A stretch of 64,000 nt of DNA from Candidatus Kapaibacterium sp. (GTDB taxonomy: Bacteria > Bacteroidota > Ignavibacteria > Kapaibacteriales > UBA2268): NCBI GenBank assembly GCA_963664875.1, contig OY761611.1, forward strand, positions 128,001 to 192,000, given 5' to 3'. This document shows positions 39,389 through 47,392 of the stretch, piece by piece. The notes below the pieces were generated by a model. That model saw nothing but the letters and a program-made list of their open reading frames with translations. It did no database searches and was not told the DNA's origin. The translations under genes were made by a program, and so were the position numbers. Each line of letters starts with the position of its first letter. Within the stretch, counting starts at the first letter, position 1.

Positions 39389-40295
39389 AGAAACGCTGCC
39401 TAAGCCATTTATTAGACAAATAAAGCAGTTTATCGAGTATGTTAGTCTCGAAAAGGGGCTATCGGAAAATACAATAGTCTCATATAAAAATGATTTGAAC
39501 AATTTGGCACAGTTCTTATATTCTATGGAGCTGGAAACTTTTGAAAATGCAGTCAAGGAAGACTTGATTGCATTTCTTTTTTATATTGCAGATCTCGGGT
39601 TGTCAAATTCCACTCGGGCAAGATACCTTTCTACATTTCGTAGTTTTTTTAAGTATTTGCTTTCAGAGGGGTATATCAAGACAGACATAAGTGAAACTGT
39701 GGAAATGCCAAAGCCTAAACGCAAAATACCCGACACTTTATCCTATTTTGAAATAAACTCAATAATAAACGCCCCCGACACAGAGACTGAAGCCGGAATA
39801 AGGGACAGAGCTATGCTCGAAGTGCTTTATGCCTGTGGTCTAAGAGTTTCAGAGCTGCTAACGATACAAAGGAAAGATATTCTCACTGAGATGGAAATAG
39901 TCAGAGTAATCGGTAAAGGCTCGAAAGAAAGATTTGTACCAATCGGCAAAGCAGCTTTAGAGTGGCTAAATGCTTATTTGGTTCGGGTTAGACCACAAAT
40001 AGCAGGCATAGCTTCGGCTGATGTAGTCTTTCTCAATCAACGAGGCAAACCAATGAGCAGAATGGGATTTTGGAAAATCCTTAAAAAATATACTGACCAA
40101 TCCGGCATTTTAAAAAATGTACACCCTCACATTTTCCGCCATTCTTTTGCAACACATTTGCTGGAAGGAGGAGCTGATTTGCGTGCCGTACAGGAAATGC
40201 TGGGGCATTCTGATATATCAACAACCCAAATATATACACATATTGACAGAGAATACCTAAAAGAAGTGCATAAAACTTTTCATCCCAGATCCTAA
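39369..40295 (+). CDS. xerD: Site-specific tyrosine recombinase XerD
   Basis: RDRAMLEVLYACGLRVSEL, GKGSKER, HPHIFRHSFATHLLEGGADLRAVQEMLGH, TTQIYTH. Confidence 0.93.
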   Translation: MNKKQNKETLPKPFIRQIKQFIEYVSLEKGLSENTIVSYKNDLNNLAQFLYSMELETFENAVKEDLIAFLFYIADLGLSNSTRARYLSTFRSFFKYLLSEGYIKTDISETVEMPKPKRKIPDTLSYFEINSIINAPDTETEAGIRDRAMLEVLYACGLRVSELLTIQRKDILTEMEIVRVIGKGSKERFVPIGKAALEWLNAYLVRVRPQIAGIASADVVFLNQRGKPMSRMGFWKILKKYTDQSGILKNVHPHIFRHSFATHLLEGGADLRAVQEMLGHSDISTTQIYTHIDREYLKEVHKTFHPRS

Positions 40296-40320
40296 TCAAG
40301 CCGTGAGATTTGAACAAATT

Positions 40321-40397
40321 ATGGCGGGGCAATTTCCGGAGGGAAAATTGGTCAATTTTTAGGGAATTGGGAATGTAAAATATTATTAGGATTATAA
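40321..40397 (+). repeat. Leader repeat copy 1 (probable toxin-tail remnant)
   Basis: ATGGCGGGGCAATTTCCGGAG...GAATTGGGAATGTAAAA aligns with 41425-41465 and sits directly before a lipoprotein gene. Confidence 0.65.
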
Positions 40398-40398
40398 A

Positions 40399-41112
40399 GT
40401 GAGAAATTATTTATATTATATATTTGTCTTGCTTCTGATTTACACTGCCTGCGATCCTGTAAAAAAAGAAGATAGTAATGAAAGTAAAGTCAGAGCTATT
40501 GAGTATAAAAACATACATTCAATAGAAATCATGGATAGTTCTATGATAAATAATCAGCAAATAACTGATTTAAAAATGGTTGCTGTGAGAATTAGTATTG
40601 CAAGTTTTTGGGGTACATATGGTGCTTTATATTTTTCAGTTAATCAAGGGACATATCCATTTTTTAATGAAGTAAATGATATTGAAATTATTTTTAGTCG
40701 AGGCTGGTTTCCAACATATTATTTTGTCGGAATCAAATTAGACAGTGCAATAAATAGTGGTAAAGCATATATAATCTCATGGAAAAGCAAAGATAACATA
40801 ATAGAATATGGCAAGTCAATAAACAAGGATAGTATAGATAAAGCAAAGTCGAAAATAAATTTTTTTGATCCTAGTAATGCGTTAATTAACGAATCTACTT
40901 ATAGTGTAAAAACTAGTCTATCAAAAGAAATATTTTTGCAAATGTTCCCAAAATTCAATGGTGAATATGAGCATATAAATCCTGATACTCTGTTTTTCAA
41001 TTCGAATTATGGAGTCGACAACTTAGACTTTTATTTAAGCATAAATTGTACTAATTATGTAATAACTAAATGGTCTGAGTATGAGACCTACAGAAGTTTT
41101 ACGAGACATTAG
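40399..41112 (+). CDS. Hypothetical lipoprotein, candidate orphan immunity protein
   Basis: Lipobox YTAC, AT-rich, paralogous to 41483..42250. Confidence 0.7.
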   Translation: MRNYLYYIFVLLLIYTACDPVKKEDSNESKVRAIEYKNIHSIEIMDSSMINNQQITDLKMVAVRISIASFWGTYGALYFSVNQGTYPFFNEVNDIEIIFSRGWFPTYYFVGIKLDSAINSGKAYIISWKSKDNIIEYGKSINKDSIDKAKSKINFFDPSNALINESTYSVKTSLSKEIFLQMFPKFNGEYEHINPDTLFFNSNYGVDNLDFYLSINCTNYVITKWSEYETYRSFTRH

Positions 41113-41218
41113 GATAAACGTAAATATATTAATCAAAGAATCAAGCTCTGAATTTGCTTTTTCTTTTCAAACTAATTTACTTAATCTTCCATTTGGAAAG
41201 ATAGCTCCTGCCATAGGT

Positions 41219-41347
41219 GGAGACAACGTCGTACGTAAAATAGATTATGGGCTGGGCTGGTTTACTACCATAGATCCACTGTGGGAGGAATACTACGCAT
41301 TGTCACCGTACCATTATAGTATGAATAATCCGGTGAGTTTGGCAGAT
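41219..41347 (+). pseudogene. RHS repeat-associated core remnant 1
   Basis: Reads GDNVVRKIDYGLGWFTTIDPLWEEYYALSPYHYSMNNPVSLAD, matching the RHS core end signature (R.YD...GRF...DP......SPY.Y..NNP...D). Confidence 0.85.
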
Positions 41348-41424
41348 TATTATTCAATCTTTCCTTATTATTGACTATTGCCATCCGGCATTTGAAGTCA
41401 AGGTTAAGAAGGATTAGTCAGCAA

Positions 41425-41485
41425 ATGGTGGGGCAATTTTCGGAGAGGAATTGGGAATTGTAAAACAATATTTGGAAAGTAAATG
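41425..41485 (+). repeat. Leader repeat copy 2 (probable toxin-tail remnant)
   Basis: ATGGTGGGGCAATTTTCGGAGAGGAATTGGGAATTGTAAAA, homologous to 40321-40380 with an internal deletion of about 20 nt. Confidence 0.65.
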
Positions 41486-42250
41486 ATGAAAAATTTTGCA
41501 ATACTACTATTGTTGTTGATTTTTAATGCTTGCAATAAATCAGATAAAGTAATTGATATCCCTGATAAATATTACAATGTACCAGTGGAAATGCGATATA
41601 AAAATAAAATAGATCTAATGGATTATGAAGAGATTCATATATCTGATACAACTATAAGCAAAAATACTATAAAGAGCTACGAGGAACCAGATTTTAAAGT
41701 TTGTAAGATTGAGGATCGAAAAATTTCTGTTGATTATGAAATAGATGTTTCTGCAAATCAATATGTTACTGACAAAATATATTATATGTTTCTAACAAAA
41801 AAATCAAGTAAAATGTTTAAAAATAGTGATATAGAAATTTTGTTTACTAACACAGCCACAAATAAAAATGGAAATCCTGTCCCACTTAATACTTTGATTA
41901 GTATGCAACGTATTAATAACAAACTTCGGTCATTATTTGTCTCATGGTATCCAAAATTTAGCAATCAATTAGGTTGGGCTAGGAATTCAAGTGCCATAGA
42001 TAAAAATACAGATTATGTTTTTTCAAATTTACCTTATGGCATTTTCAAAAAATATATCTACGATATTGATAGTTTGCACTATACGAATATTGAAGAAGAC
42101 ACCTTAAATGTAGATGATTTTTATTATCAAACTGAATTAGATTTTTATAGATCTATTCGAACTTCACAATTTGAATTGGGTGGAAATATTATATTCAACT
42201 TTCAATGGAAACACGAGTTGTTTTTAAAACAGAGCTGCAAAAAACAGTAA
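41483..42250 (+). CDS. Hypothetical lipoprotein, candidate orphan immunity protein
   Basis: Lipobox FNAC. Shares collinear blocks with 40399..41112 (DIEIxF, SWxxK, IxxDTL, LDFYxSI). Confidence 0.7.
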   Translation: MMKNFAILLLLLIFNACNKSDKVIDIPDKYYNVPVEMRYKNKIDLMDYEEIHISDTTISKNTIKSYEEPDFKVCKIEDRKISVDYEIDVSANQYVTDKIYYMFLTKKSSKMFKNSDIEILFTNTATNKNGNPVPLNTLISMQRINNKLRSLFVSWYPKFSNQLGWARNSSAIDKNTDYVFSNLPYGIFKKYIYDIDSLHYTNIEEDTLNVDDFYYQTELDFYRSIRTSQFELGGNIIFNFQWKHELFLKQSCKKQ

Positions 42251-42265
42251 AAGAAATCTTAGATA

Positions 42266-42775
42266 ATGAGGGTATCAAAGATGTTTCAAAGCATTTTAGA
42301 TAAAGATATTTTGAATAGGAAGATTGAGGGATGTTTTATAGATGAATTTTATAATCGAATAAACCTAAACCTGAATACGGATCCTAAACATGGTGATATA
42401 CCAACAACAATTTCTTTTTATGGTGTAATGAAATTTAGCCATAACAATAAATTAATATTTCTATCAGATCCAAAAATTAAAGACATAGGAAGTATTAACA
42501 ATCAGGAAGCATTACTGTATCTGTCTGAGATGACTAATAAGAGTGTTACTGATATTAAAATAAATACTTACAATGATGTATCTTTGATTATAGATAAAAT
42601 ATTTCAATTAGATATTTTTTCTTTTAATATGCAGAATCCAAATTTATCAACAAGGTTAATATCTTATTTGCCACACATGAGTATCCTTACTTCTGAGTAT
42701 CTCATATCATTTGATACGAATTATTGTACACTAAGAGAATACAAAGAAAAGAATAAAAGAAAGTCTATTTTTTAA
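42266..42775 (+). CDS. Hypothetical protein, candidate immunity protein (DUF6188-like)
   Basis: 169-aa AT-rich ORF within the island. Family call is tentative. Confidence 0.55.
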   Translation: MRVSKMFQSILDKDILNRKIEGCFIDEFYNRINLNLNTDPKHGDIPTTISFYGVMKFSHNNKLIFLSDPKIKDIGSINNQEALLYLSEMTNKSVTDIKINTYNDVSLIIDKIFQLDIFSFNMQNPNLSTRLISYLPHMSILTSEYLISFDTNYCTLREYKEKNKRKSIF

Positions 42776-42795
42776 ATATCTAATAATGTAGAATC

Positions 42796-43242
42796 ATGAG
42801 TAGCAATAAAAATCAAATAAAATATATGGTTGAAAAATCGCAGTGTATTAACTGCCATCTTATTCTAACAAAGATGCATAATATATACGAATTTGAATTT
42901 TCAACCCAATATAATAAATTGTTTATTCTTTCCATAAAATCTAGTGCTAGACTAATGAAGGATGGGGTAACAATTGGTACGAATCAATTTATTTATACAA
43001 AGAATTATATGCAAGTTATTGAGGATCGAATGCTACAAATTGAAATAAAACAGGAAAGTATGGATATTGAAGCATTCAGGTATAAAGAATTCTGTAAGTT
43101 GATAGGATTGAAAGTTATTAGTATAGAAATATTAGATTATATGCTTTGGATCTATTTTGAAAATAATTACAAAATAAATATATTTTTACATTCTGAGTTT
43201 GATCTTGAAGAGCATGAACAATATATAATATTAAAAATATAA
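42796..43242 (+). CDS. Hypothetical protein, candidate immunity protein (DUF6188-like)
   Basis: 148-aa AT-rich ORF with the pattern LIGLKVISIE..LWIYFENNYKINIF. Family call is tentative. Confidence 0.55.
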   Translation: MSSNKNQIKYMVEKSQCINCHLILTKMHNIYEFEFSTQYNKLFILSIKSSARLMKDGVTIGTNQFIYTKNYMQVIEDRMLQIEIKQESMDIEAFRYKEFCKLIGLKVISIEILDYMLWIYFENNYKINIFLHSEFDLEEHEQYIILKI

Positions 43243-43262
43243 TATATCGTAATAAAGAAGCT

Positions 43263-43299
43263 GTGACTCATTAGTTTAAAATTGAGTCGCATTTTTCTT
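43263..43299 (+). terminator. Possible terminator at the end of the island genes
   Basis: GTGACTCA...TGAGTCGC followed by ATTTTTCTT. Confidence 0.45.
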
Positions 43300-43306
43300 A
43301 GAAGTA

Positions 43307-43390
43307 CTGAAAGACACCGAAAGCGAACTGGGCGACCACGGCGTACGTAAAATAGATTATGGGCTGGGCAGGTTTACTACTATAGATCTA
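43307..43390 (+). pseudogene. RHS repeat-associated core remnant 2
   Basis: Reads LKDTESELGDHGVRKIDYGLGRFTTIDL. Positions 43342-43388 match 41230-41276 at 45 of 47 nt. Confidence 0.85.
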
Positions 43391-43394
43391 AGGT

Positions 43395-43458
43395 CACTGC
43401 ATTCGACTCATTTCATTCGCTCGATAACCGCGAGGGCAGCGAGTCGAAGTGTGGGTGC
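43395..43458. repeat. GC-rich REP-like palindrome
   Basis: TTCGACTC...GAGTCGAA arms enclosing an inner CTCG/CGAG stem. Confidence 0.5.
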
Positions 43459-43508
43459 AATATAAAAGAATCTGTTTATTTTACACTACCATTTTGCACA
43501 ATATAGTT

Positions 43509-44537
43509 TTATCCCTTCTGCATTTCTAATGGCATTGAAATTTTCATTTTGTAAATCAAATCATCTAACAAGTCAAATCTTGTCTCACCATTAAATTTTT
43601 CAGCAAAGCTCTTTATTGGTTCTTTGATGTCTTTTTCAAAGTCATCTAAGCAAGTGTCACAAATAGTAATCAAAACACTGAATAATATGTGGCTATTTGA
43701 TATCTCAATAGCGATTGAGGCATGTATATTTTCTAAAAGAATATAAATAACAATCAAACGAACAATTATTTCTGTTGCCATAGGGGTGTTGAATGCAAGC
43801 TTTCCATCAATATCTTTGAATCTTACTACAATTTCTGAACTTTTTTCTATAGGTATTAAATATCGTAATAGTTTGCCCAAATCCAAATCCTTTGTAGTAT
43901 ATGGCAAACTGCAAAGTTGTTCAATAAGTTCATCTATCTGTTTGAGGTATCTCTTGTTAGGAGTTAGAGATTTTAGCATCATTAATCTTTTGATCAGGGT
44001 CAAAGAAACACCTTTAAGATAGTTATCTTTTTTTACTTCATTTGTATTTATCAAAAGATGTTTATATATTCCAAGCTGTTCGTTTCTTGAGTTACACAAA
44101 AAAAAGTCGTTTTGAATCAAGCTAATTATATGCTTCAAAAGAGATTTCTGCTTTTGAGTATAGTGTCTTTCAAATGTATCTTGCAGTGAGAGTACTGCAA
44201 AAATATGATTTGACTTATCAAAAATGGGATAACCTAAATAGTTGATTAGGTTAAACCTAATTCCGGCTGAGTTATTCCATTCTTCGGAAGCTATTGCATT
44301 TGGAACTTCCAAAGGAGACTCTTGATTTATAATAAACAGGGCATAATCCATTATAGATTCCGCTCTGAAATCTGTATCATTATTGGCATCGCAAGTATTA
44401 GAATGAACAAATAACTTCTCATTTGAATTGCTTCCAAAAATTGTCAAGCTTACGTATTGGACTGCAAAAAGCTCCGCAATCAGATCAACTGTGAGCTGCC
44501 ATTTGTCTATCAATAATTTAGGGAATTCATTGTTCAT
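43509..44537 (-). CDS. GAF domain protein with degenerate kinase-like C-terminus
   Basis: WQLTVDLIAELF and INYLGYPIF..FAVLSLQD..RHYT GAF pattern. No H-box or G-boxes. Confidence 0.7.
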   Translation of the reverse strand: MNNEFPKLLIDKWQLTVDLIAELFAVQYVSLTIFGSNSNEKLFVHSNTCDANNDTDFRAESIMDYALFIINQESPLEVPNAIASEEWNNSAGIRFNLINYLGYPIFDKSNHIFAVLSLQDTFERHYTQKQKSLLKHIISLIQNDFFLCNSRNEQLGIYKHLLINTNEVKKDNYLKGVSLTLIKRLMMLKSLTPNKRYLKQIDELIEQLCSLPYTTKDLDLGKLLRYLIPIEKSSEIVVRFKDIDGKLAFNTPMATEIIVRLIVIYILLENIHASIAIEISNSHILFSVLITICDTCLDDFEKDIKEPIKSFAEKFNGETRFDLLDDLIYKMKISMPLEMQKG

Positions 44538-44547
44538 TGCGTCACCG

Positions 44548-47199
44548 TCAGAATTTTGATAAAGTCAAAGTAAATATTGAACCTGAGTTAGGAGTACTTT
44601 CTAATCCAATTTCTGCATTAATACTTGTAGCTAACTTTTTGGCAACAGCAAGACCGACACCTGTTCCCGGTTTTAAACCAATTGATTCGTCTGATTTGAA
44701 AAAAGGAGTAAAAAGATTTTTAATATCGTCTTGTTTTATACCTATACCCGAATCCTTGACACTTATATGTAAGTATTTAGAATCTTCTCTGACAGACACA
44801 ACTATTGCAGTATTCGTCGGAGAATATTTCATGGAATTGGTAATGAACTCACCAATAATCTGCGTAATACTTTTTTTGTCTGTCAGTATATTCAAATTAG
44901 ACTCCAAGGGTTCATAAACAAATTTGAACCTGTCTAAGTTTATTATTCTATACTGCTCAACAATATCATTGATAAGCTGATTGATTTCTATTGGAACTAA
45001 AAATGGTTTATAATTGCCATCTAATATTTTTTGATAGTTTATCACATTTTCTATAAGATTAGTCAAAGCTTTAGCAGAAGACAATATCCTGTCAATATTT
45101 TTTGTCGCATCAGGGTCATTATGATTGTGATAGTACTTCAAAATTTCTGCAGAAGTTGAAATAGAGGTAATCGGAGTTTTATACTCATGAGAAATAATAT
45201 TGATAAATTTTGACTGCATATCATTCAGTTTTTTTTCAATACTTAATGATTCCTCCAATTTTCTATATGCAGATTCTAATTCTTCAGTTCTTTCTTCCAC
45301 TCTCAATTCAAGTTCGTTATTCAGTTCTAATAGCTGTTCTTCTGCTTTTATTTGCTCACTAATGTCTCGAGCGTTTGCGAAAATCAGACCTCTGTCTTTG
45401 ACAAATTTGGAGTGCCATGAAAGCCATTTGTAGCTACCGTCTTTACATAAATATCTGTTTCTGAAATCAAAAACATCTATTCCGGAAAATAGTTTTTGCA
45501 TCTCATGATTGGTCCTAGCTAAGTCGTCTTTGTGAACAAACTCTATAAAAGGTTTTGACATCAACTCAAGCAGACTCCACCCCAGGACTTTAGTCCACAT
45601 TTCGTTTAGAGTAACAAAAGTACCATCGGAGTTGGATATAGAAACCAGCTCAATACTATTGCTAAAAAACAAAGAAATATCTTGCTCCAGTTGTTTCTTT
45701 TCAGTAATGTCAGAATGAGTGCCCAGCATTCTAATCGGTTTGCCTATTTCATCTCTTATGATTTTGCCTTTGGCAAGAATATGGACGTAATGTCCATCTT
45801 TGTGGCGCATAAGAAATTCAGGTTCATACTTATCAACTTTGCCTTCTAAGTATGCATTTAGCAAATCAATAACTAATGTTTTATCGTCCGGATGAATATT
45901 ATCTGCCCAAGAGTTGTAATAGTTTGCTAATTCATTATCTGAATATCCAATGATGTTTTTCCAGCGTTTAGATAAAAACAACTCATTTGTGGTTAGATTC
46001 CAATCCCACACACCATCGTTTGTTCCATCTATTGTTAGAGTTAATCTTTCTTCTGATTCTTTCAACTCGTCGAGCAATCTATTATGTTCAGTTACATCAC
46101 GCCACAAACCAATGATTGTAGGTTCTCCGTTATATACTGCATTGGAAAGTGAGACTTCTACAAGAATTTCTTCACCATTTTTTTTAATATGCATCCATTC
46201 AAAAATTTGATTGTGTCCTGAAATAGCTTTTTCAATAACACTTTTAGCTTTATCTATTGATTTTTGACCGTCAGGCTGATATTCCGGAGAGAAATCTTGA
46301 GGTGTCATATTGGACATCTCTTCACGAGTATATCCTATCATTTGCGTGATTTTGTGATTTATATCAATAAACTTCAAATCTCGCAAGAAAAAGATACCGT
46401 CATTTGCAAACTCAAAAAGTAATTTATAAAGTCTGGTAGCATTTTCTTTTTCGATTTCAAGTCCAATCTGGTCTGTAATATCTCTTGTTACTCCAAGGAA
46501 ATACTTGAAATTTCCATTATCATCAAAAACAGTACTTACCTGCACATCTGTATGAATTATAGTACCATTTTTGTGAGGTTGACGCACTTTCATAAACACA
46601 GGAGCTTGTGAAGTAATTCCTTCCGCTATCATTTGACCTACTTTCGCAAGCTCGGACTGAATAAGCGGAATATCTTCAAAGTAAATGACTTCTTCAAAAG
46701 ACTGTTTCATCACTTCTTCCGGAGTAAACCCTCTTATAAGTTCCACATTTGGACTAACATACAAAAATTTTCCACTTAGCTCCATAGTCCAAACTACATC
46801 TTTAGAGACTTTTGTGATCGTGTCATATAGTTCAGTGTTCTGTTTCAGTTTTTTATTGATATGAATCTTATCGGTTATGTCTGTCGCAAGACCTATAACA
46901 CCAATTTGACTGCCGCTATCGTCAATATTAGGAGACATTGTAGATTCAAAAAACGTATCGCCAATCTGTAATATCTCTGTTGTAGTCTTTCCTTTTAAAG
47001 TAGTCTCATATTGTTTGAGAACACTTGGCATATCTTTATAAACGTCAAAAACCGAAAGCCCTACGACTTGATTTTGTTCAAGTCCCAGTGTTTCTAATCC
47101 TTTCCCAAGAGAAACCTGAAATATTCCGTTATTATCGATAACAAACAACACAACAGGTGATTGGGAAACAACTTTTTGTAAATTTGAATCAGTAAACAT
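44548..47199 (-). CDS. Multi-PAS sensor histidine kinase
   Basis: About five PAS/PAC units (DITD, DVTE, DITE, DISE), H-box SHEYKTP, NSMKY, DSGIG, GTGVGL. Confidence 0.93.
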   Translation of the reverse strand: MFTDSNLQKVVSQSPVVLFVIDNNGIFQVSLGKGLETLGLEQNQVVGLSVFDVYKDMPSVLKQYETTLKGKTTTEILQIGDTFFESTMSPNIDDSGSQIGVIGLATDITDKIHINKKLKQNTELYDTITKVSKDVVWTMELSGKFLYVSPNVELIRGFTPEEVMKQSFEEVIYFEDIPLIQSELAKVGQMIAEGITSQAPVFMKVRQPHKNGTIIHTDVQVSTVFDDNGNFKYFLGVTRDITDQIGLEIEKENATRLYKLLFEFANDGIFFLRDLKFIDINHKITQMIGYTREEMSNMTPQDFSPEYQPDGQKSIDKAKSVIEKAISGHNQIFEWMHIKKNGEEILVEVSLSNAVYNGEPTIIGLWRDVTEHNRLLDELKESEERLTLTIDGTNDGVWDWNLTTNELFLSKRWKNIIGYSDNELANYYNSWADNIHPDDKTLVIDLLNAYLEGKVDKYEPEFLMRHKDGHYVHILAKGKIIRDEIGKPIRMLGTHSDITEKKQLEQDISLFFSNSIELVSISNSDGTFVTLNEMWTKVLGWSLLELMSKPFIEFVHKDDLARTNHEMQKLFSGIDVFDFRNRYLCKDGSYKWLSWHSKFVKDRGLIFANARDISEQIKAEEQLLELNNELELRVEERTEELESAYRKLEESLSIEKKLNDMQSKFINIISHEYKTPITSISTSAEILKYYHNHNDPDATKNIDRILSSAKALTNLIENVINYQKILDGNYKPFLVPIEINQLINDIVEQYRIINLDRFKFVYEPLESNLNILTDKKSITQIIGEFITNSMKYSPTNTAIVVSVREDSKYLHISVKDSGIGIKQDDIKNLFTPFFKSDESIGLKPGTGVGLAVAKKLATSINAEIGLESTPNSGSIFTLTLSKF

Positions 47200-47392
47200 A
47201 TTTTTATTTATTTTTGTAGAATAATTATATAAATCATCTTGTGAATGTAATGTATATACTATATCTAAACGAAGCTACAAATATAAGATTGGAAAATTTG
47301 ATAATACATATAAAAAGTTGTGAAACTTCCATTGAATTTATTCGTAAGATAGTAAGAAAAATTGGGTCTTTTTATATCATAATGGAGAAATT

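Noticed and set aside
41081-41374. 97-aa ORF as a real gene
   Set aside because: Only its 3' part is RHS-core-like. It overlaps the upstream gene and lacks the DPxG-toxin continuation, so it is treated as a pseudogene fragment.
39369-43460. Classical integron (intI plus attC cassettes)
   Set aside because: The recombinase has canonical XerD motifs without the IntI-specific insertion and is co-oriented with the downstream genes. I found no repeated RYYYAAC..GTTRRRY attC sites, and the repeats are toxin-gene remnants.
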